From the NCBI GenBank assembly GCA_038319665.1, contig JBBQDL010000001.1, forward strand, positions 28,227 through 92,226: 64,000 nt of DNA. The letters run 5' to 3'. Position numbers and translations under genes: made by a program. This document shows, piece by piece, positions 47,804 through 58,261 of the stretch. This DNA comes from Candidatus Limnocylindrales bacterium. GTDB lineage: Bacteria; Chloroflexota; Limnocylindria; Limnocylindrales; CSP1-4. Every line of letters starts with the position of its first letter. Position 1 is the stretch's first letter. The notes below the pieces were generated by a model that saw only the letters and a program-made list of their open reading frames with translations, was not told where the DNA came from and ran no database searches.

Positions 47804-47856
47804 GTCGACCTCGCGATACGATCCTTGCGAGGCGGCAGTATACCCTCGGAGGTGCC

Positions 47857-48828
47857 ATGGCCCCGGCCGGCGTCGAGGTCGTCCACGTTGGTTCGGCGTG
47901 TCGCGACGTGGTCCCCGAGGACCCGCGCGGCTGGCGGCTCGGTGGCGGGGTCACCTACGCCTCGCTGACGACCGCCAGGCTGGGCCTCCGGACCGCGGCC
48001 ATCGTCGGCGTCGACGACGAAGCACGGACCGCGAGCGAGCTCGACCTCCTTCGCGAGGCGGGTGTCGACCTCGAGCTGGTGCCTCTGTCCGAAGGCCCCA
48101 TCTATCACAACCGCGAGACGCCGAAGGGCCGCGTCCAGTCGTCGGTCCAGACCGGGGTTCCGCTGCCGATCCCGGCCATCCCGGAATCGTGGCTCGCCGC
48201 CCCCGGCTGGTCTGTGGTGCCCGTGGCGGGCGAGGTGACGGACGACTGGGCCGCCGTGATCCCCGACGACGCGCATCTCGCCGTCGCTTGGCAGGGGTTC
48301 CTGCGCGAGCTCGCGCCGGGCCTGCAGGTCACCCGTCGGGCGCCGGAGGCGTCGGCGATCCTGCGGCGCGCCGACCTGGTCGGCGTCAGCCACCACGACG
48401 TCGACCCCGAAACGCCGCTCGCCGCGTTGTACGCCCTCCTACACCCTGGGGCGGACCTGCTCGTGACGCAGGGCAGCACGGGCGGGTTGCTGGTCCGGGT
48501 GGGGCCGGATGGGCCGACGCTGACGTTGCGCTACCTGCCGACGGCGACGGATGGGGAGACCGACCCGACCGGCGCGGGCGACACGTTCCTCGCGGCGCTC
48601 CAGTCGTCAGTCCTGCGGCCGACGGTCGTCGGGCGACGGCGTGCCCGCCGCTATCCCGACCTCCGCTTCGCGGCGGCGGCCGGCTCGCTCGTCGTGGAGG
48701 GCCCGGGGCTCGACGGCGTTCCCGACCGTGGGGCCGTGCTGCTGCGGCTCGCGCGCGAGCGGATCCGGCGGGCGGTCCTCCCGACGGAGGTCAGCCAGGT
48801 GGGTGCGCTGGAGCCTCGCCGAGGCTGA
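47857..48828 (+). CDS. PfkB-family carbohydrate kinase (IolC-type 5-dehydro-2-deoxygluconokinase candidate)
   Basis: Ribokinase-fold anion hole and the GAGDTF motif (TGAGDTFLAAL). GGAGG lies 4 nt before the ATG. Confidence 0.75.
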   Translation: MAPAGVEVVHVGSACRDVVPEDPRGWRLGGGVTYASLTTARLGLRTAAIVGVDDEARTASELDLLREAGVDLELVPLSEGPIYHNRETPKGRVQSSVQTGVPLPIPAIPESWLAAPGWSVVPVAGEVTDDWAAVIPDDAHLAVAWQGFLRELAPGLQVTRRAPEASAILRRADLVGVSHHDVDPETPLAALYALLHPGADLLVTQGSTGGLLVRVGPDGPTLTLRYLPTATDGETDPTGAGDTFLAALQSSVLRPTVVGRRRARRYPDLRFAAAAGSLVVEGPGLDGVPDRGAVLLRLARERIRRAVLPTEVSQVGALEPRRG

Positions 48829-49885
48829 TGCTGACGCCGGGGCTCGTTCGGTCGGCGAAGGTTGGGGGACCGGTCGAGCCACGGACCTCGAGACGGACCG
48901 GGAGGACGATCGCCGGGGAGGGCTTGTGGCCGTCATCCCGGTCCTCGCCGCCGCGCGGACGTAGCCGCTCGGCGAGGCGCTGGACCGCCCAGTAGCCCAT
49001 CTCGGCCGTGCTCTGGCTGAGTGTTGTGAGGGGTGGATCGACGTAGGCCGCGACCGCGACGTCATCGAACCCGACGACGCTGACGTCGGCGGGGATCGAG
49101 CGACCCCGACGGCGGATCGCGCGCATCGCCCCGATCGCCATGAGGTCGTTGTAGGCGAGGACCGCGGTCACGCCGGGCGCCCGGTCGAGGATCTCGAGCA
49201 TCGCCGCCTCGCCGCCCCCGACCAGCGGCGCCCCCCGCGCGACGGTGATCGCTTCGGCGTCGAGTCCTGCTGCCGCCAGGGCGTCGCGGACGCCCGCGAA
49301 ACGCACCGGGGCGTCCACGTTGCGTTGCGGCGGCATGAGATAGCCGAACCGCCGATGCCCGAGCTCGAGCAGATGCTCGGTGGCGAGTCGCGAGCCCGCG
49401 CGGTTGTCGGAATGGATCGACGGCAGGTCGACGTCGACCGCGGACGTGTTGATCAGGACGACAGGGAGTGGCGGCGAGGAGAGCCATTCGAGGTGCCGCC
49501 CGCCGAGGCTGCTGGCGGCGATGATCAGGCCATCGACCCGGCGCTCGACGAGCAGGTCGAGGTAGCCCGCCTCGCGCTCCGGGTCGTCATTGGCGTTGCA
49601 TAGGAGAATCGTGTAGCCCTCCGCCCGGGCGGCGTCCTCGACCGACCGCACGAGCTCGGGGAAGTACGGGTTCTCGATATCGGTGACGATCAGCCCGAGC
49701 GTCTCGGTCGAGCGCCGCTTGAGCGAGCGGGCGACGCCCGAGGGCCGGTAGTCGAGATCCCGTGCCGCAGCCAGGATCCGCTCGCGTGTCTCCGGCCGCG
49801 CGTGGCCGAGGCCGGCCAGGACGCGGCTGACCGTGGCGGTCGAGACGTGCGCCTGCCGGGCGACGTCGACGATCGTCGTGGCCAT
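48791..49885 (-). CDS. LacI-family transcriptional regulator (last gene of the inositol/ABC operon)
   Basis: HTH MATTIVDVARQAHVSTATVSRVL plus a sugar-binding domain. Its 3' end overlaps the convergent PfkB gene by 38 nt. Confidence 0.9.
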   Translation of the reverse strand: MATTIVDVARQAHVSTATVSRVLAGLGHARPETRERILAAARDLDYRPSGVARSLKRRSTETLGLIVTDIENPYFPELVRSVEDAARAEGYTILLCNANDDPEREAGYLDLLVERRVDGLIIAASSLGGRHLEWLSSPPLPVVLINTSAVDVDLPSIHSDNRAGSRLATEHLLELGHRRFGYLMPPQRNVDAPVRFAGVRDALAAAGLDAEAITVARGAPLVGGGEAAMLEILDRAPGVTAVLAYNDLMAIGAMRAIRRRGRSIPADVSVVGFDDVAVAAYVDPPLTTLSQSTAEMGYWAVQRLAERLRPRGGEDRDDGHKPSPAIVLPVRLEVRGSTGPPTFADRTSPGVSISLGEAPAHPPG

Positions 49886-49895
49886 CGCGAATCGC

Positions 49896-50825
49896 TCAGA
49901 AGTGCCGGTTCTCGCCGAACGCCTCGAACTCGGAGATCGCGTCGGTCCCGATGGGGACCGTCGGCGGCGCCTCGCCCTTGGCCTCGCGCTTGGCCAGCAT
50001 CTCGAGATCGGCCTGGAGCTCCTCGAGCTCGGACCCGCCGCCCATCAATCGATGGAGCTCGTCCGCGTTGAGCTCGCCGCGCTTATAGGTCCCGCCCGAA
50101 CGGCCACGGGTCAGGATCGTGAACGAGTCGCCGATGGGCAGCGCGTGCTGCACGTTGTGGGTGATGAAGATGACGCCGAGGCCCCGGTTCCGGGCGGAGA
50201 TGGCGTGTCGGAGCACGATGGCCGACTCCTTGACGCCGAGCGCCGAGGTCGGTTCGTCGAGGATCAGGACCCGGGCGCCGAAATACTCGGCACGCGCGAT
50301 GGCCAACGTCTGGCGTTCGCCTCCCGAAAGCGTCCCGACGAGCTGGTCGGTATCGCGCACATCGATGCCGATGTTGTGCATCTCGTCGCGGGCGACCTGC
50401 GCCGCCTTGTCGCTGTCAAACCACTTGAACGGTCCGACCCCCTTGGTCGGCTCGTTGCCAAGGAAGAAATTCCGGCTGATGCTCATGAGCGGCATCACCG
50501 AGAGATCCTGATAGACGGTCGCGATCCCCGCGTCAAGTGCATCGCGTGGAGCGTTGAAGCGGACGGGCGTGCCGTCGACCGCGAGCGTCCCATCGTCGGG
50601 CGCATGGACGCCCGACAGGGTCTTGATCAGGGTCGACTTACCCGCGCCGTTGTCGCCAAGGAGGCAGTTGATCTGCCCGGCATGGACTTCGAGCGATACG
50701 CCCTCGAGGGCGACCACCGCACCGAAGTACTTCGAGATGTTGCGCGCCTCGAGCAGTGGTGGCCGATCGCCACCCGCCTGCGGCGCCGTCTCGGCTGATG
50801 CGGGAAGGGGAGTGGACATCGTCAT
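49896..50825 (-). CDS. Sugar ABC transporter ATP-binding protein (single nucleotide-binding domain)
   Basis: Walker [10 protein letters not shown], signature LSGGERQ, and Walker [12 protein letters not shown]. Confidence 0.9.
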   Translation of the reverse strand: MTMSTPLPASAETAPQAGGDRPPLLEARNISKYFGAVVALEGVSLEVHAGQINCLLGDNGAGKSTLIKTLSGVHAPDDGTLAVDGTPVRFNAPRDALDAGIATVYQDLSVMPLMSISRNFFLGNEPTKGVGPFKWFDSDKAAQVARDEMHNIGIDVRDTDQLVGTLSGGERQTLAIARAEYFGARVLILDEPTSALGVKESAIVLRHAISARNRGLGVIFITHNVQHALPIGDSFTILTRGRSGGTYKRGELNADELHRLMGGGSELEELQADLEMLAKREAKGEAPPTVPIGTDAISEFEAFGENRHF

Positions 50826-50841
50826 CGTGGACTCCTACCGC

Positions 50842-51921
50842 TCAGCGCAGGCCGGCGAAGCGACGCCGGATCCAGTTGTTCAGGACGACCGCGGAAAGCA
50901 GCAGCGCGCCGGTCGCGATCCTGTTCCAGTCCGCATTGATCGAGGCGTACACGATCCCGATCTGGGCCATGCCCAGGGCCAGCGCGCCGAGCGCCGTCCC
51001 GGCCACCGAACCGTAGCCGCCGGTCAGGAGACATCCGCCGATGACCGCGGTCGTGATCGCCGTGAGCTCGAGGCCGCCGCCGCGAAGGATGTCGGCCGAG
51101 GAGAAACGCATACTCTGGATGGCGGCCAGGATCGCGGCCGAGAACGCCGTCGTGGCGAACAGCGCGATCTTGACGCGCGCCACCGGGACGCCCAGGTTGC
51201 GGGCCGCGACGGGTGACCCGCCGACACCCGCGATCCAGTTGCCGAAGCGGCGCCGGCCGAGGACGTACGCACCGACGGCGGCGATGACCGCCCACCAGAT
51301 CAACGACGCCTGGAAGTCGGTGGTCTGGTCGCCGAACTTGAATGACAGCTTCCAGGTGAAGAGGCTCGCCAGCGGATCGCCCGCGATCCTGGCGGGGTCG
51401 ATCGGGATGTACGTGATATTCGTGACGAATGAGGTCAGGACCGACGACAACCCGGCGATGATGAACAGCGTCGCCAACGTGACGATGAAGGACGGCAGGC
51501 CCGTCCGGACGACGATGACCCCATTGATCGCCCCGAGGCACGTGGTCAGGACCATCGCGACGACGATCGAGAGCCAGATCGGGAGGCCGTAGATGGTGGC
51601 GCAGATCCCGATGATGATCCCGGCGAAGCCGACCATCGAGCCGACCGACAGGTCGAACTCGCCCGCGATCATCAGCAGGGCGACGGCCGTGCCGATGATG
51701 CCGACCTGGGCCGCGACGTCGAGATAGCCGAGGGTGCCCGGGATCGATAGGAACGCCGTGTTGCCCCGGGCGGTCGAGAGGACCGCGAAGACGACCCACA
51801 CGAAGACGACGATGACGAGCGCTCCCGCGGCCGGCTTCGCGAGCAGTCGCTGGCCGAGTGAGATCCGTCGCAATCGATCGTGTTGTGGTGCTGGGGTTGG
51901 TTCCGCCGTGGTCGTCGCCAT
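50842..51921 (-). CDS. Sugar ABC transporter permease (RbsC/AraH family)
   Basis: 359 aa with 9 to 10 TM helices. Composition matches branched-chain/monosaccharide-type permeases. Confidence 0.85.
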   Translation of the reverse strand: MATTTAEPTPAPQHDRLRRISLGQRLLAKPAAGALVIVVFVWVVFAVLSTARGNTAFLSIPGTLGYLDVAAQVGIIGTAVALLMIAGEFDLSVGSMVGFAGIIIGICATIYGLPIWLSIVVAMVLTTCLGAINGVIVVRTGLPSFIVTLATLFIIAGLSSVLTSFVTNITYIPIDPARIAGDPLASLFTWKLSFKFGDQTTDFQASLIWWAVIAAVGAYVLGRRRFGNWIAGVGGSPVAARNLGVPVARVKIALFATTAFSAAILAAIQSMRFSSADILRGGGLELTAITTAVIGGCLLTGGYGSVAGTALGALALGMAQIGIVYASINADWNRIATGALLLSAVVLNNWIRRRFAGLR

Positions 51922-52006
51922 CGATGCCTCCGGAGGGTTCGGGGAGGGGCCGGACCGAAGTCCGACCCCTCCAGTGGCGTCGAAGCTCGACGCTCGAAGC
52001 TCTAGG

Positions 52007-53029
52007 TCAGCGCAGGCCCTTCGCCGCGAGGGCGATGACGTCAGCTGCGTTGTCCTTGGTGACGAAGCCCGGGCCGGTCATGATCAGGCCCGTGCCGTCG
52101 CCGGTCGGAAGGTTCCGGGTCTGCGCGTAGTTCGTCAGGATGACGATCGGCAGGTAGCCCTGGAGGAACTGCTGCTGGTCGATGGCGAAGTCCATCTTGC
52201 CGTCCTTGATCGCCGTCAGCACGTCGGCGCTGAGGTCGAAGGTGGCGAGATGGATCGGCTTGCCGGCGGCGGTGACCGCGGCGAGGGCCGGTGCGGCGAC
52301 AGACGGACCGAGGGTCAGGATGCCGTCGATGGTCGGGTCGGTCTGGAGGGCGGCCGTGATGGTCGCCTGCATGCCGGCCGGGTCGGCGATCTTGCCGGTG
52401 AGGACCTTGCCCTTCGTCGGATCGGCCAGGCCCATGCCCGTGAAGAAGCCGTTGCAGCGCAGGGTCAGGGCCTGGTTGCCGACTTCCTGGTTGAAGCAGA
52501 CGGCATTCTTGACGCCCGCGTCCTTGAACCGCTGCCCGGCGCCGAGGCCGGCCTGGAACTCGGTCTGCCCGACGTGGGCAAGGATGCCGAGCTTCTTGAA
52601 GACGTCCGAACCGGAGTTCATCGAGACGACCGGGATCCCGGCAGCGATAGCCTTCGAGATCGACGGGCTGAGTGCGTCAGGGTTCGGGATCGAGACGACG
52701 AGGCCGGTCGGCTTCTTGGCGACCGCGGCGTCGATGAGGGCGGACATGCCCGGCATGTCGCTCTCCGCGCCCGGGGCGCTGTAGTTGACGGTGACGCCCA
52801 TATCGGCAGCGCCGGCCTTGACGCCGTTGCGCACGACGCCCCAGAAGCCGTCGACGGCCTGGCCGTGGGTGACGACCTCGATCTTGATATCGGCGCGCTT
52901 GACGAGGGCGCCGTCAGGGTCCTTGCCACCACCAGCGGCCGCGCCGCTTCCGGTACTGGTCGCGCCGTTGCAGGCCGCGAGCAAGAGGACCGCACCCAAC
53001 AGCAGGGCGGCGGATCTTCGAAGGTTCAT
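52007..53029 (-). CDS. Periplasmic sugar-binding protein of the ABC transporter (RbsB-like lipoprotein)
   Basis: Lipobox LLLAACNG and a type I periplasmic-binding fold (IEVVTHGQA...[13 protein letters not shown]). Confidence 0.85.
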   Translation of the reverse strand: MNLRRSAALLLGAVLLLAACNGATSTGSGAAAGGGKDPDGALVKRADIKIEVVTHGQAVDGFWGVVRNGVKAGAADMGVTVNYSAPGAESDMPGMSALIDAAVAKKPTGLVVSIPNPDALSPSISKAIAAGIPVVSMNSGSDVFKKLGILAHVGQTEFQAGLGAGQRFKDAGVKNAVCFNQEVGNQALTLRCNGFFTGMGLADPTKGKVLTGKIADPAGMQATITAALQTDPTIDGILTLGPSVAAPALAAVTAAGKPIHLATFDLSADVLTAIKDGKMDFAIDQQQFLQGYLPIVILTNYAQTRNLPTGDGTGLIMTGPGFVTKDNAADVIALAAKGLR

Positions 53030-53207
53030 CCCGTGTGTCTCCTCACTTGTCGAATCGCGCGGAAGCGCGTCCGCCGAGAGCCACGGATCTTCCGCGACCG
53101 CTCGTCATGAATACTCCCCCGATCCCTCACCGGTCGAGCGTCGGGATCCCGTCTCCCGTCTCTCGACCGTGCCACCTCCTTTCACGCCGGCCGGTCGGGC
53201 CGGACCG

Positions 53208-54206
53208 TCAGCTGGGGATCTCCTCGAGTGGCACCGGTCGGTGCTCGTGGAGTGAACGAGTCGCCGCCTCGGCGATACGGAGGGCGGCTACGCCATCCTG
53301 GGCTGCGCACGGGCTCGGGAGCTCCCCGCGTGCGACCCGGATGAATTCGGAGAATTCGGCGCGATAGGCCGGCTCGAAACGATCGAGGAAGTCGGGCCAC
53401 GCCGGGCCGGCCGGCGGCGGGACCGCTGGCTCGACCGAGCGGATCGGCGTCCGTGGGCCGAGGCCGACGGCGATGCTGTCCTTCGAACCGAAGAGCTCGG
53501 CCCGGATGTCGTAGCCGAGCGGATCGTGTCGCGCCACGGTCATCACCGTGAACGGCCCGTCCACCAGGCGCAGGGTGACGACGGCCGTGTCGATGTCGCC
53601 GTACTTGGCGAACACCGGGAAGCCCCGGACGCCGCCATCGGCATAGACCTCTTCCACCTCTCGACCGGTCATCCAGCGCAGGATATCGAAGTCGTGGATG
53701 GAAAAATCACAAAACAGGCCGCCCGATTGTGGGATGTACGACTCGTGCGGCGGCGCGGGGTCGTGCCCGGCGAGGCGGATCGCATAGAGCGTCCCGAGCT
53801 CGCCCGAGACCACCATCCGCCGGGCCTCGGCGTACCCGCGGTCGAAGCGGCGCTGGAACCCGAGCTGGAACGGCACGCCGCTCAGATCGATCTCGGCGGC
53901 CACGGCGAGCGTGTCCTTGAGGTCGACCGCCAGCGGCTTCTCGCAGAAGGTCGGCAGGCCGCGCTGAACGGTCGCGCGGATGAGGTCCGCGTGGGCGTTG
54001 GTGGCCGCCGCGATGACGACGGCCTCCGCTCGGTCAAGCGCCGCATCGATCGTCGGTGCCGCGGTCGCGCCGACTTCGGCCGCGACCGCGGCGGCCCGAG
54101 CCGCGTCCACATCCGCCACCGCGACCTCGTCCACTCCGGGTGTCTCGCTCAGCAGACGTGCATGCAGACGCCCGATCCGGCCGGCACCCAGCAGTGCGAT
54201 CCTCAT
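53208..54206 (-). CDS. iolG: Gfo/Idh/MocA-family oxidoreductase (myo-inositol 2-dehydrogenase-like)
   Basis: MRIALLGAGRIGRLHA Rossmann motif and EKPLA. The track ORF extends to 55433 through an RG-rich extension that I reject. Confidence 0.8.
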   Translation of the reverse strand: MRIALLGAGRIGRLHARLLSETPGVDEVAVADVDAARAAAVAAEVGATAAPTIDAALDRAEAVVIAAATNAHADLIRATVQRGLPTFCEKPLAVDLKDTLAVAAEIDLSGVPFQLGFQRRFDRGYAEARRMVVSGELGTLYAIRLAGHDPAPPHESYIPQSGGLFCDFSIHDFDILRWMTGREVEEVYADGGVRGFPVFAKYGDIDTAVVTLRLVDGPFTVMTVARHDPLGYDIRAELFGSKDSIAVGLGPRTPIRSVEPAVPPPAGPAWPDFLDRFEPAYRAEFSEFIRVARGELPSPCAAQDGVAALRIAEAATRSLHEHRPVPLEEIPS

Positions 54207-55207
54207 GACCGCGCCCCGCTGGCGACCGCGCCGCGTACCGCGCCACGTCCCGTGCTCGCACGTCGCAGGGCGTTCGCCAGGACCCGGCGGCCGATCGCCG
54301 CGCTTTCCGACGGGGGCCCCCAGCAGCTGTCCTGCTCGATCATCAGCCAGCCGTCGTAGTCGCGGGTGGCGAGCGCATCGATAACCCCGTCGAGGTCGAG
54401 CAGGCCGGCGCCGAGCTCGGTGAACAGGCGCGCCCGGATCGCGTCCCCGAAGCCGCCCACCGCGCCGCTGCGCAGCCCGTCGAGCACATACGGATCGACA
54501 TCCTTGAGGTGGACGTGGGTCACCCGTTCGCCCAGGTCGCGCAGGGCCCGGACGGGGTCGCCGCCACCGACCAGGAGATGCCCGACGTCGAGGCAGATGC
54601 CCACGAGGTCCGGATCGAGCCCCTCCGCCAGCCGCTCGACCTCGGCCTCGGTCTCGACGAAGGTCCCGCCGTGGGGGTGAAACGCGACCCGGTGCCCCGC
54701 CTCGCGGGCCGGCACGGCGACGGCGTGGACCAGGTCGATCAGTGCGTCCCAACCCGCATCGGTCATCGCGGGCGTCCCGGATCGGTTCGCCCGGGCGACC
54801 CGTTCGTGGCGGCCGTCGGACAGGTCGAGCGCGACCACCAGCACGTCGCCGCCGCCCTCGTGGAGCAGTCGCAGCCGCTCCCGGGCGATCGCGGGCGCCT
54901 CGGCCGTTGGCCCGTCCACCGTCGCCGGCAGCGACACGTACACCTCTGCGAGGCGGAGTTGGCGCTCCTCGAGTGCGTCGCGGAGTTCGGAACCTTCCGG
55001 GAACCCGATCCCGAGCTGGACACCGTCGAAGCCGGTGCGGGCGACCTCGTCGAGGATCGAGAATGCATCGGTCCCGAGCCGGAGGTCGGCGAGATCGACG
55101 TTGTTCCACAGGATCGGGACCGTCCCGATCGACGTCCCAGGCAGCGCGTCGGCCGCTCGGCGGAGGCTGGTCCGCAGGTCGGGTCGCTCGGGTGCGAGGG
55201 CCTTCAT
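54203..55207 (-). CDS. iolE: Sugar phosphate isomerase/epimerase TIM-barrel protein (inosose dehydratase-like)
   Basis: Xylose-isomerase-like TIM barrel with metal-binding H/E/D/H pattern (HPHGGT...HLKD...EQD). The start overlaps the iolG stop. Confidence 0.7.
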   Translation of the reverse strand: MKALAPERPDLRTSLRRAADALPGTSIGTVPILWNNVDLADLRLGTDAFSILDEVARTGFDGVQLGIGFPEGSELRDALEERQLRLAEVYVSLPATVDGPTAEAPAIARERLRLLHEGGGDVLVVALDLSDGRHERVARANRSGTPAMTDAGWDALIDLVHAVAVPAREAGHRVAFHPHGGTFVETEAEVERLAEGLDPDLVGICLDVGHLLVGGGDPVRALRDLGERVTHVHLKDVDPYVLDGLRSGAVGGFGDAIRARLFTELGAGLLDLDGVIDALATRDYDGWLMIEQDSCWGPPSESAAIGRRVLANALRRASTGRGAVRGAVASGARS

Positions 55208-57024
55208 CGATGCTGCTCCTCCGCGACGCCGGCGGCCCATTTCGCGCGCTGCTCGGGATGGTAGTCGGGGCTGGGGGCATCCCACCAGCCCGTCTTGTCC
55301 GGGCCGGCGACCGCGAGATCGCGATCGACCGTGACGTGGACGAGCGAAGGACCACCGGATGCCAGCGCCCGGCGCACGGCGGGCTCGACCTCGGCCGGAT
55401 CCGTGACGCGCTCGGCGTGCAGCCCGAAGGCACGTCCGATGTCGGCGAAGGCGGGCGAATAGATCGACCCGTCGGGGGTCACGAAGTCGGTCCAGGCGGA
55501 CCGCCCGAAGAATGTCTCCTGCCCGCCCTTGATGCTGATCCAGCCCGAGTTGTCGAGGACGACCGCGCAGACCGGGGTCCCCGCCAGGACCGCCGTCTGG
55601 AGCTCCTGCATCGATTGCAGGAAGCTGCCGTCACCGGAGATCGACAGCACTTGGCGCTCGGGTCTGGCGAGCTGGGCGCCGATGGCCGCCGGCAGCTCGA
55701 AGCCCATCGTCGAGAAGCCGCCCGAGGTCAGGTGGGTGCGCGGCAGGCGGGTGACCCAGCGCTGCTTGACCATCCCCTGTGGCAGGCCGGCCCCCGTCAC
55801 GACGATGGCGTCGTCACGAGTGGCGCGCTGGATCTCGCGGACGGCGCGGGCCATCGTCATCGGCACGGCCGTCGAGCTCGACTTGATCTCGACCTGTTCG
55901 AACCAGGTGGCCTTCAGCCGGGCGATCTCCTCGGCGTAGGGCGTGCCCCGGTAGGTCGTGGGTCCGCCACCTGGTCCGAGCGCGTCGAGCAGGTCGAGGA
56001 GGCCCGCCTTCGCATCGCCGACGAGGGGGACCTCGACCGGGTAGTTCTTGCCGATCTCGCGCGGGTCGATGTCGAGCTGGATCAGCTTGGAGGGCGGGAT
56101 CGCGAACGTCACGCCGCGCCGATAGGAGGAGGCCGACCAGTCGGTGAACCGGTTGCCGACCGAGACGATCACGTCGGCTGACGCGGCTAGAGCGTTGCCC
56201 GAGGTGGCCGAGGTATCGCCGATGGTCAGCCCGGCCAGCTCGTGGGTCTCGTCGATGGCGCCCTTGCCGTTCCAGGTGGTGACCACCGGGGCGCCGAGCC
56301 GTTCGGCGAGGGCCGTCACTTCGGCCGAGGCCTCGGCCGTGATCGCGCCGCCGCCGGCCACGATGACGGGGCGCCCGGCCGAGCGGAGGAGCGCCGCGGC
56401 CCGCTCGATGTCGTCGGCGGCCGGCCGGATCCGCCCGCGCGCTTCGCGCTGGGCCGGGTCTGGGAGGGCGACCTCGGCCGTGTCGGCGAGGACGTCCATC
56501 GGCATGTCGAGGAGGACCGGTCCGGGCCGGCCCGAGACCATCTGGTTCCAGGCTCGGTGCAGGACGAACGGCAGCTCGTCTATTCGGGATGGCTGCCACC
56601 ACTCCTTGACGACCGGCTCGAAGATCCGCGGGTTGTCGGCGACATGGCGTCGCTCGAGCTCCTGGAGCAGACCGGCGCCGCGCATGTAGGTGTGGGGCGA
56701 GCCGGTCAGCAGCGCGACCGCGGTCGAGTCGACGTAGGCCGTGGCCATCCCGATGACGGTGTTGGTGGCGCCCGGTCCGATGCTCGTGAAGGCGAGGATC
56801 GGCCGACCCGTCGCCCGGTAGAACCCGTCGGCGAGGTGAACGGCCGCCCGCTCATGCATCACCTGGACGGTCCGGATCGCATCCTGCCGGTCGAGGAGGG
56901 CATCGGTCAGGGCCCAGCTGCCGTGGCCTGGGATCCCGGCCACCACGGGCACGCCCTGTCGGATGAGATACTCGACCACGATCTGCGCCCCCGACAGGCG
57001 CTGTTGACCCGCGGCGTCGGACAA
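55204..57024 (-). CDS. iolD: TPP-dependent enzyme, IolD-like (3D-(3,5/4)-trihydroxycyclohexane-1,2-dione hydrolase)
   Basis: The three TPP-enzyme domains are present (GIPG...TSIGPGATN; IVAGGG; GDGSF...N). Start chosen at TTG at 57024 (preceded by AAGGGG), because the track start 57219 would overlap the divergent tal gene. Confidence 0.8.
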   Translation of the reverse strand: MSDAAGQQRLSGAQIVVEYLIRQGVPVVAGIPGHGSWALTDALLDRQDAIRTVQVMHERAAVHLADGFYRATGRPILAFTSIGPGATNTVIGMATAYVDSTAVALLTGSPHTYMRGAGLLQELERRHVADNPRIFEPVVKEWWQPSRIDELPFVLHRAWNQMVSGRPGPVLLDMPMDVLADTAEVALPDPAQREARGRIRPAADDIERAAALLRSAGRPVIVAGGGAITAEASAEVTALAERLGAPVVTTWNGKGAIDETHELAGLTIGDTSATSGNALAASADVIVSVGNRFTDWSASSYRRGVTFAIPPSKLIQLDIDPREIGKNYPVEVPLVGDAKAGLLDLLDALGPGGGPTTYRGTPYAEEIARLKATWFEQVEIKSSSTAVPMTMARAVREIQRATRDDAIVVTGAGLPQGMVKQRWVTRLPRTHLTSGGFSTMGFELPAAIGAQLARPERQVLSISGDGSFLQSMQELQTAVLAGTPVCAVVLDNSGWISIKGGQETFFGRSAWTDFVTPDGSIYSPAFADIGRAFGLHAERVTDPAEVEPAVRRALASGGPSLVHVTVDRDLAVAGPDKTGWWDAPSPDYHPEQRAKWAAGVAEEQHR

Positions 57025-57047
57025 TAGGGACCCCTTGCGCTTTCGAG

Positions 57048-57059
57048 GTAATCGATTAC
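57048..57059. promoter_or_regulatory. Perfect 12-bp palindrome GTAATCGATTAC in the iolD/tal divergent intergenic region (LacI-type operator candidate)
   Basis: It resembles the cre/LacI consensus TGWAANCGNTNWCA through its central CG and flanking GTAA/TTAC arms. It is the only sizeable perfect palindrome in the 118-nt divergent region. Confidence 0.45.
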
Positions 57060-57142
57060 ATTTGGGTGGCGGAAGGGTAGCACGGTGGGGCTCGCTGTCA
57101 ACGCCCGACCGGGCTCCTGCGACCGAGAGTGGAGGCGACACG

Positions 57143-58261
57143 ATGGCGACGCTCGCAACCCGATCAGCGCCCCCGCTGGCCGATAGCCCCCTGGGACGGA
57201 CGATCGCGACGACCGCCACCGATATCTGGAACGACTCATGCGCGGTCGACGAGCTCGAGTACGCGATCTCCTATGGCGCCGTCGGCGCGACAGCGAATCC
57301 GACCATCGTGGCCGACGTCTGGAAGGCGGATCCGAATCGCTGGCGCGGGCGCGTTCGGGCGATGGCCGAGGCGCGTCCCGACGCGACCGAGGTCGACCTC
57401 GCCTGGGCCGTCGTCGAGGAGATGTCTCTCCGCGCGGCGCCCCTCCTCATGCCCGCCTTCGAGGCGTCGGGCGGGCGGCAGGGCCGCCTCTCGATGCAGA
57501 CCGACCCGACCCTCTTCCGCTCGTACGACCGGATGCTCGAGCAGGGGACCGGCTTCGACGCGCTGGCACCGAACATCATCGTCAAGTTCCCGGCCACCTC
57601 GGTCGGGGTCCGGGTGATGGAGGAGGCGACCTATCGCGGCGTCAGCGTCAACGCGACCGTCTCGTTCAGCGTCGCGCAGGCGATCGCTGCCGCCGAGGCG
57701 GTCGAGCGCGGCCTGCGGCGTCGGGAATCGGACGGGCTCGCGGTCGATTCGATGGGGCCGGTCATCACCTTGATGATGGGTCGTCTCGAGGACTGGCTCC
57801 GGGTCCAGACCGAACGAGATGGCATCGTCGCCGATCCGACGGCGCTGCCCTGGTCCGGCGTCGCGGTCTTCAAGCGCGCATACGCGGAATTCGGCGCTCG
57901 GGGTCTCCGGGCGCGGTTGCTGGGCGCGGCCATCCGCCACCACCTCCACTGGTCCGAGCTCATCGGCGGCGACGTCGTCATCACGATGCCGGCGACCTGG
58001 CAGCGCCGGTTCAACGCCTCATCCATCGAGGTCCGGCCGCGGATGGACAAGCCGGTCGATCCGGCCATCGTCGACGAGTTGCGCACACGCTTCCCGGACT
58101 TCGTGCGGGCGTACGAACCCGATGCGCTGAGTCCCGAGGAGTTCGATGCCTTCGGTCCGACCGCGCGGACGCTGCGCTCGTTCGTCGGCTCGTACCACGA
58201 GCTCCTGCACCAGGTCGGCGACGCGCTGGTCCCAAACCCCGACGTGCGCCCGGCCGGATGA
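57143..58261 (+). CDS. tal: Transaldolase-family protein (actinobacterial-type long transaldolase)
   Basis: TNPTIV, GRLSMQ, KFPAT and NATVSFS motifs. GGAGG precedes the ATG at 57143. Its stop overlaps the iolB start (ATGA). Confidence 0.8.
   Translation: MATLATRSAPPLADSPLGRTIATTATDIWNDSCAVDELEYAISYGAVGATANPTIVADVWKADPNRWRGRVRAMAEARPDATEVDLAWAVVEEMSLRAAPLLMPAFEASGGRQGRLSMQTDPTLFRSYDRMLEQGTGFDALAPNIIVKFPATSVGVRVMEEATYRGVSVNATVSFSVAQAIAAAEAVERGLRRRESDGLAVDSMGPVITLMMGRLEDWLRVQTERDGIVADPTALPWSGVAVFKRAYAEFGARGLRARLLGAAIRHHLHWSELIGGDVVITMPATWQRRFNASSIEVRPRMDKPVDPAIVDELRTRFPDFVRAYEPDALSPEEFDAFGPTARTLRSFVGSYHELLHQVGDALVPNPDVRPAG

Noticed and set aside
47278-48995. 372-aa minus ORF 47278..48396 and 365-aa plus ORF 47898..48995
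   Set aside because: They overlap the PfkB kinase and the acidic protein in the wrong frames and are low complexity.
54207-55433. N-terminal 409 aa of the track ORF 53208..55433
   Set aside because: It is an RG-rich extension antisense-overlapping iolE. iolG begins at the internal ATG 54206 with a Rossmann motif.
53526-57027. Plus-strand ORFs 53526..54359, 54509..55264, 54742..56181 and 56242..57027, and minus ORF 55814..56602
   Set aside because: They are antisense or alternate frames over iolG, iolE and iolD.
57025-57219. First 65 codons of the iolD track ORF
   Set aside because: They would overlap the divergent transaldolase gene and its SD. A TTG at 57024 with an AAGGGG SD gives an N-terminus typical for TPP enzymes.
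57238-58257. N-terminal 340 aa of track ORF 57238..59181
   Set aside because: It is an alternate frame over the transaldolase gene. iolB begins at ATG 58258, coupled to the tal stop.
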